Both the position numbers and the translations under genes were made by a program. The notes beneath the pieces are model-generated. The model was not told the origin of the DNA. It was given only the letters and a program-made list of their open reading frames with translations, and ran no database searches. A stretch of 29,128 nucleotides of DNA from Bdellovibrionota bacterium (lineage in GTDB: Bacteria; Bdellovibrionota_C; UBA2361; JBIKWN01), in NCBI GenBank assembly GCA_044356295.1, contig JBIKWN010000032.1, positions 1 through 29,128 of the forward strand, written 5' to 3'. Each line of letters starts with the position of its first letter. Positions within the stretch are counted from its first letter, which is position 1. This document shows positions 25,888-29,128 of the stretch, one piece after another.

Positions 25888-26190
25888 TTAGTCATCCAAA
25901 CGATTCTTTTCGGCTCTATAAAACTCTGCTATCCGACGTAACGGGGACATCACGAAAGTATTAAATTGTTCATCTGTTAGACCAGTAATACTCAAAACAA
26001 AACTCGTATTTTCACCTTTTATCTCTTTGCGCTTAACTTCAACACCATTGGCACCGGCGGATACGCAAAGATCTTCAAATCGTAAAATAAACCCTTCAAC
26101 AATGCTTGTTGAAATATCTCCAGAAACTTTAATGGGTAATAAATGCTCAGGAGCGCCGTCAACTTTTAATGGTGATACTTCAATTGTCAT
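25888..26190 (-). CDS. Hypothetical protein (100 aa)
   Basis: Strong RBS TAAGGAG-N7-ATG; globular alpha/beta-looking sequence with no recognised family. Confidence 0.75.
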   Translation of the reverse strand: MTIEVSPLKVDGAPEHLLPIKVSGDISTSIVEGFILRFEDLCVSAGANGVEVKRKEIKGENTSFVLSITGLTDEQFNTFVMSPLRRIAEFYRAEKNRLDD

Positions 26191-26373
26191 ATATATACTC
26201 CTTATTTGCTTCTATGCAGTAATAGGAAACTTTTGTTATGAGATTATCACTTGAATGTAGATGCTACTCAAGATCGCAGGCACTACCGATTGCCTGAAAA
26301 ACTCATAGAGGATAACTATTCTAGTCTTCTTAATATACCCTTCGGGTTCCTTGAATTTGATACGAAAATACTA

Positions 26374-27531
26374 CTAAGCAGCGTTTCTAACCGATTCAGT
26401 AGCAAGTTGACCACACGCAGCTTTAATATCCTGACCTTTAGACCAACGTATCGTGACATCATTGCCACCTTTTGTTAGGTAATCTTGCCAGAGAGCAACA
26501 TGCTTTTCGGGGGGAGATTTAAATCCTAAACCTGCATTCTCGTTGTACGGAATAAGGTTAATTTTTGCAGGAATACCTCTTAGAAGTTTAGGCAAGCGCT
26601 TCATATCCGCTTCAGTATCATTAATTCCGTGAAGCATAACATATTCAATGGTAATTCTTTTTCTTGCTTTTAAAGGGAATGCTTTTAATGTTGCAAGAAG
26701 TTCTTCAATAGGAAATTTTTTATTAATTGGCATCACCTCTGAACGCACTTCATTAGTGGTAGAATTAAGTGACACGGCAAGATTTGCTAAGTCGCCGTAC
26801 TGAGTAAAAGCTTCTCCGAATTTTTTTATAGCAGGAACAAGTCCGACCGTTGAAACGGTAATTTTACGAGCTGGAATTGCAAGACCTTTATGGTCAGTTA
26901 AAATACGAAGAGCACTGACAACACCTTTAAAATTATGGAGCGGCTCACCCATTCCCATAAACACAATATTATTGAAAGTATCCCCAAACTCTTTTGCATC
27001 GATAAGAACACCCATGACTTGTTGAATTATTTCGCCAGTACTGAGGTTTCTTCGAAAACCCATTGTTGCGGTTCTGCAGAACTTACAATTCATTCCGCAT
27101 CCAACTTGGCTAGAAACGCAAAGTGTCATCCGTGTTGGCTGCTTAATCATAACAGCTTCAACAAGATCATTATTTCCGATCTTGAATAAATATTTTCTGG
27201 TTCCATCCTTGCTAACTTGACGATCTACAATTTCAGCAAAAGGAAAATCAAAATATTCTTGGAGCTCATCTCTAAATTCCTTACCGAGATTCGTCATCTG
27301 GGTAAAATCAAAAGTCTGTTTTTGATATACCCATTCAAAAAGCTGCGTTGCTCGAAATTGTGTAGAGTTAAATTTGCTTTTTAATAAAGATGTAAGCTCG
27401 TCGCGTGGTAAATCAAAAAAAGAAACTTTTTCTTTTTTTTCAACCGACAATGACGTAACTTGATCCTCGGGTAGTCTTTCGAGAATCTCACTATTATCTA
27501 TCGTGAGTATCGAAAGACGAGAGGGGTTCAT
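26374..27531 (-). CDS. rlmN: Dual-specificity 23S rRNA m2A2503/tRNA methyltransferase RlmN
   Basis: SKDGTRKYL, radical-[48 protein letters not shown]. Follows ndk with an ATGA overlap. Confidence 0.97.
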   Translation of the reverse strand: MNPSRLSILTIDNSEILERLPEDQVTSLSVEKKEKVSFFDLPRDELTSLLKSKFNSTQFRATQLFEWVYQKQTFDFTQMTNLGKEFRDELQEYFDFPFAEIVDRQVSKDGTRKYLFKIGNNDLVEAVMIKQPTRMTLCVSSQVGCGMNCKFCRTATMGFRRNLSTGEIIQQVMGVLIDAKEFGDTFNNIVFMGMGEPLHNFKGVVSALRILTDHKGLAIPARKITVSTVGLVPAIKKFGEAFTQYGDLANLAVSLNSTTNEVRSEVMPINKKFPIEELLATLKAFPLKARKRITIEYVMLHGINDTEADMKRLPKLLRGIPAKINLIPYNENAGLGFKSPPEKHVALWQDYLTKGGNDVTIRWSKGQDIKAACGQLATESVRNAA

Positions 27532-27944
27532 TTCATGAGGCCAGGGAAGAATTGGTTAATTTCGATCTGCGCATTTTCTGCAGAGTCAGAACCATGAACC
27601 GCGTTTGCACTAATACTATCAGCAAAGTCTGCTCTGATTGTTCCTGGTGCAGCTTTCTTAGGATCCGTTGCGCCCATAAGGTCTCGATGTTGTAACACTG
27701 CGTTATCACCTTCAAGTACAGAGATTACAACTGGACCGCTGGTCATATAGTCGCAAAGCTCACCATAAAATGGTCGTTCACTATGTACTGCATAAAATTG
27801 CTGAGCATCTTTTTTGGATAAATGCTTCAATTCAGTTGCAATAATTTTAAGACCGGCATCTTCAAAACGAGAGAAGATCTTTCCGATAATATTTTTCTTT
27901 GTTGCGTCAGGTTTGATGATTGATAGTGTTCTTTCTAATGCCAT
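27528..27944 (-). CDS. ndk: Nucleoside diphosphate kinase
   Basis: [42 protein letters not shown] (catalytic His). Start at ATG 27944. Confidence 0.98.
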   Translation of the reverse strand: MALERTLSIIKPDATKKNIIGKIFSRFEDAGLKIIATELKHLSKKDAQQFYAVHSERPFYGELCDYMTSGPVVISVLEGDNAVLQHRDLMGATDPKKAAPGTIRADFADSISANAVHGSDSAENAQIEINQFFPGLMK

Positions 27945-27980
27945 GGGGAGCATTATAACAAGTGACTATTCGTAACTCAA
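27945..27980 (-). promoter_or_regulatory. Sigma-70 promoter of ndk-rlmN (extended -10; likely leaderless)
   Basis: Minus strand reads TTGAGT-N17-TATAAT, with TG at the extended -10 position, then GCTCCCC and the ATG. Confidence 0.7.
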
Positions 27981-28019
27981 ATCTGCCTGCTCTGCGCCTA
28001 TTTTAGAGGGATAGTAATA

Positions 28020-28099
28020 CTCCGTGACCCTGACCATAGGCGTGAGCGTGAGCGTAAAATATTGCGGTCACGCTCACGCCTACGCTCAAGGTCACGGAG
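28020..28099. repeat. Long imperfect palindrome built from CGTGAS-like hexamers (REP/MITE-like)
   Basis: Arms 28020-28057 and 28062-28099 are reverse complements with 5 mismatches in 38 bp and a 4-nt loop. Termini match the 11579-11612 element. Confidence 0.85.
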
Positions 28100-28214
28100 A
28101 GGAAATACCCCTAATAATCTTTTAATTTAATAGCCACCCATTTAGAGGTATGATGTATCAAGGTTTACAGTCATCTAAACGATACTAGAACTTGAGATAC
28201 TGTTCGTATTAAAT

Positions 28215-29128
28215 ATGCGAAATTTTCTTAGAAATTTCTTCTTTTCTTCGCTTCTCGCTGTTTTTTCTAACGGTGTAGTTTCCTATGCGCAAGATATAAC
28301 ACTCCTTGGCGGAGATCTTACCTCTTACCTACCTGGACGAAACGCTATTCAAGTTAATGCACCAAATGTTACCGATGAAGAACGCAGACTAAGACAGATT
28401 GCTGGGTTTGCGATTTTTCACGGTGACTTTAGTAAAGAATCTGGTCTTGGACGTGGTTTTAACAACACTGCGTGTTCGGGTTGTCACGTTAGTAATGGTC
28501 GTGGACAGGTTCTATTTTCTAAGTCACTAAACCTAAGCCGTGCAATTGTAAAAGTGGCATTACCTGGCAGAGCACCAGATGGTGGACCAAAACCGATCCC
28601 TGGTATAGGGACACAACTTCACGATCATTCAGTTATTGAAAATGATCCTAAAATCGTTGCAATCAAAATCGCTTGGATTTATCGAAATGGAAAATATCCT
28701 GACGGTAAAAGGTATACCCTTCGAAAACCTGCACTTTCATTCTCAATTCCTGGATATAAAAAAAATAAGATCTTAAGTTCGCTTCGTGCAACACCACCAG
28801 TTATCGGGCCTGGACTACTTGAATCTATCCCTGAATCAACGATTCTTGCACTGAGCGATCCAAGAGACATAAATAAAGATGGAATTTCAGGACGCCCACA
28901 GTACGTTCCTGATCCAGAAAAAAATGGTCAACTATCCTTAGGACGTTTTGGTTTTAAAGCTACGTCAGCAACAGTCGCCGATCAAACTGGTGCAGCTTTT
29001 TTCCATGATATGGGCCTCACGACAAAACTCTTTAAAGGAAGTGATGACAGCCAAGAAGTTTCAGATGCAGATTTTGATATCAATGTTATTTATCAAAAAT
29101 TAGCAGGCGTGCCTCCAGCAAGGGATCA
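28215..29128 (+). CDS. Di-heme oxidoreductase (DHOR) family cytochrome c protein, truncated by window edge
   Basis: Manual translation from ATG 28215 (absent from the ORF track): signal peptide MRNFLRNFFFSSLLAVFSNGVVSYA, GLGRGFNNTACSGCHVSNGRG, PPVIGPGLLESIP, DPRDINKDGISGRP, GRFGFKA, QTGAAFFHDMGLT. Confidence 0.9.
   Translation, partial: MRNFLRNFFFSSLLAVFSNGVVSYAQDITLLGGDLTSYLPGRNAIQVNAPNVTDEERRLRQIAGFAIFHGDFSKESGLGRGFNNTACSGCHVSNGRGQVLFSKSLNLSRAIVKVALPGRAPDGGPKPIPGIGTQLHDHSVIENDPKIVAIKIAWIYRNGKYPDGKRYTLRKPALSFSIPGYKKNKILSSLRATPPVIGPGLLESIPESTILALSDPRDINKDGISGRPQYVPDPEKNGQLSLGRFGFKATSATVADQTGAAFFHDMGLTTKLFKGSDDSQEVSDADFDINVIYQKLAGVPPARD

Noticed and set aside
483..28870. Numerous short alternative-frame or antisense ORFs in the ORF track (e.g. 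483-722, 5324-5623, 7596-7880, 21435-21932, 26027-26478, 28679-28870)
   Set aside because: They overlap well-supported genes, lack RBSs or recognisable motifs, and look like shadow ORFs.
1..29128. CRISPR arrays, tRNA/rRNA genes, transposases
   Set aside because: No regularly spaced direct repeats, cloverleaf/rRNA signatures or transposase ORFs were seen. The hexamer palindrome at 28020 is not a repeat-spacer array.

Overview
AT-rich bacterial chromosomal window. Gene content suggests a deltaproteobacteria-like lineage (inference only). Most genes are housekeeping or envelope genes: mscL, gdhA, gmhA, rsmA, tsaD, rlmN, ndk, a YceI protein, a FadF/HdrD-like Fe-S oxidoreductase, an ABC-HlyD-TolC exporter, a diheme cytochrome c lipoprotein and a partial DHOR-family cytochrome. 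The most notable element is a small, highly divergent non-flagellar type III export-gate operon on the minus strand (9786->6469): an SctI/inner-rod-like gene, an apparent SctO(FliJ)-SctP(FliK) fusion, then sctR, sctS, sctT and sctU. The SctU lacks the NPTH autocleavage motif and the whole C-terminal domain. Its 3' end overlaps a GAF/PAS hybrid histidine kinase gene. A stand-alone FlhB/SctU C-terminal-domain gene lies about 5 kb downstream (1059-1307), next to a double-FHA membrane protein, which suggests a genetically split export switch. No ATPase, SctV, ring, secretin or needle genes are in the window. Other oddities: several proteins with degenerate catalytic or ligand motifs (tandem RibA-like protein without the full Zn-Cys set, PHP protein missing most His ligands, ABC ATPase without the Walker-B Glu, cytochrome c with Met->Cys/His at the expected axial positions), an annexin-like repeat in an orphan membrane protein, two related REP-like palindromes and a probable leaderless ndk transcript. 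All calls come from motif recognition by eye; no searches were run.
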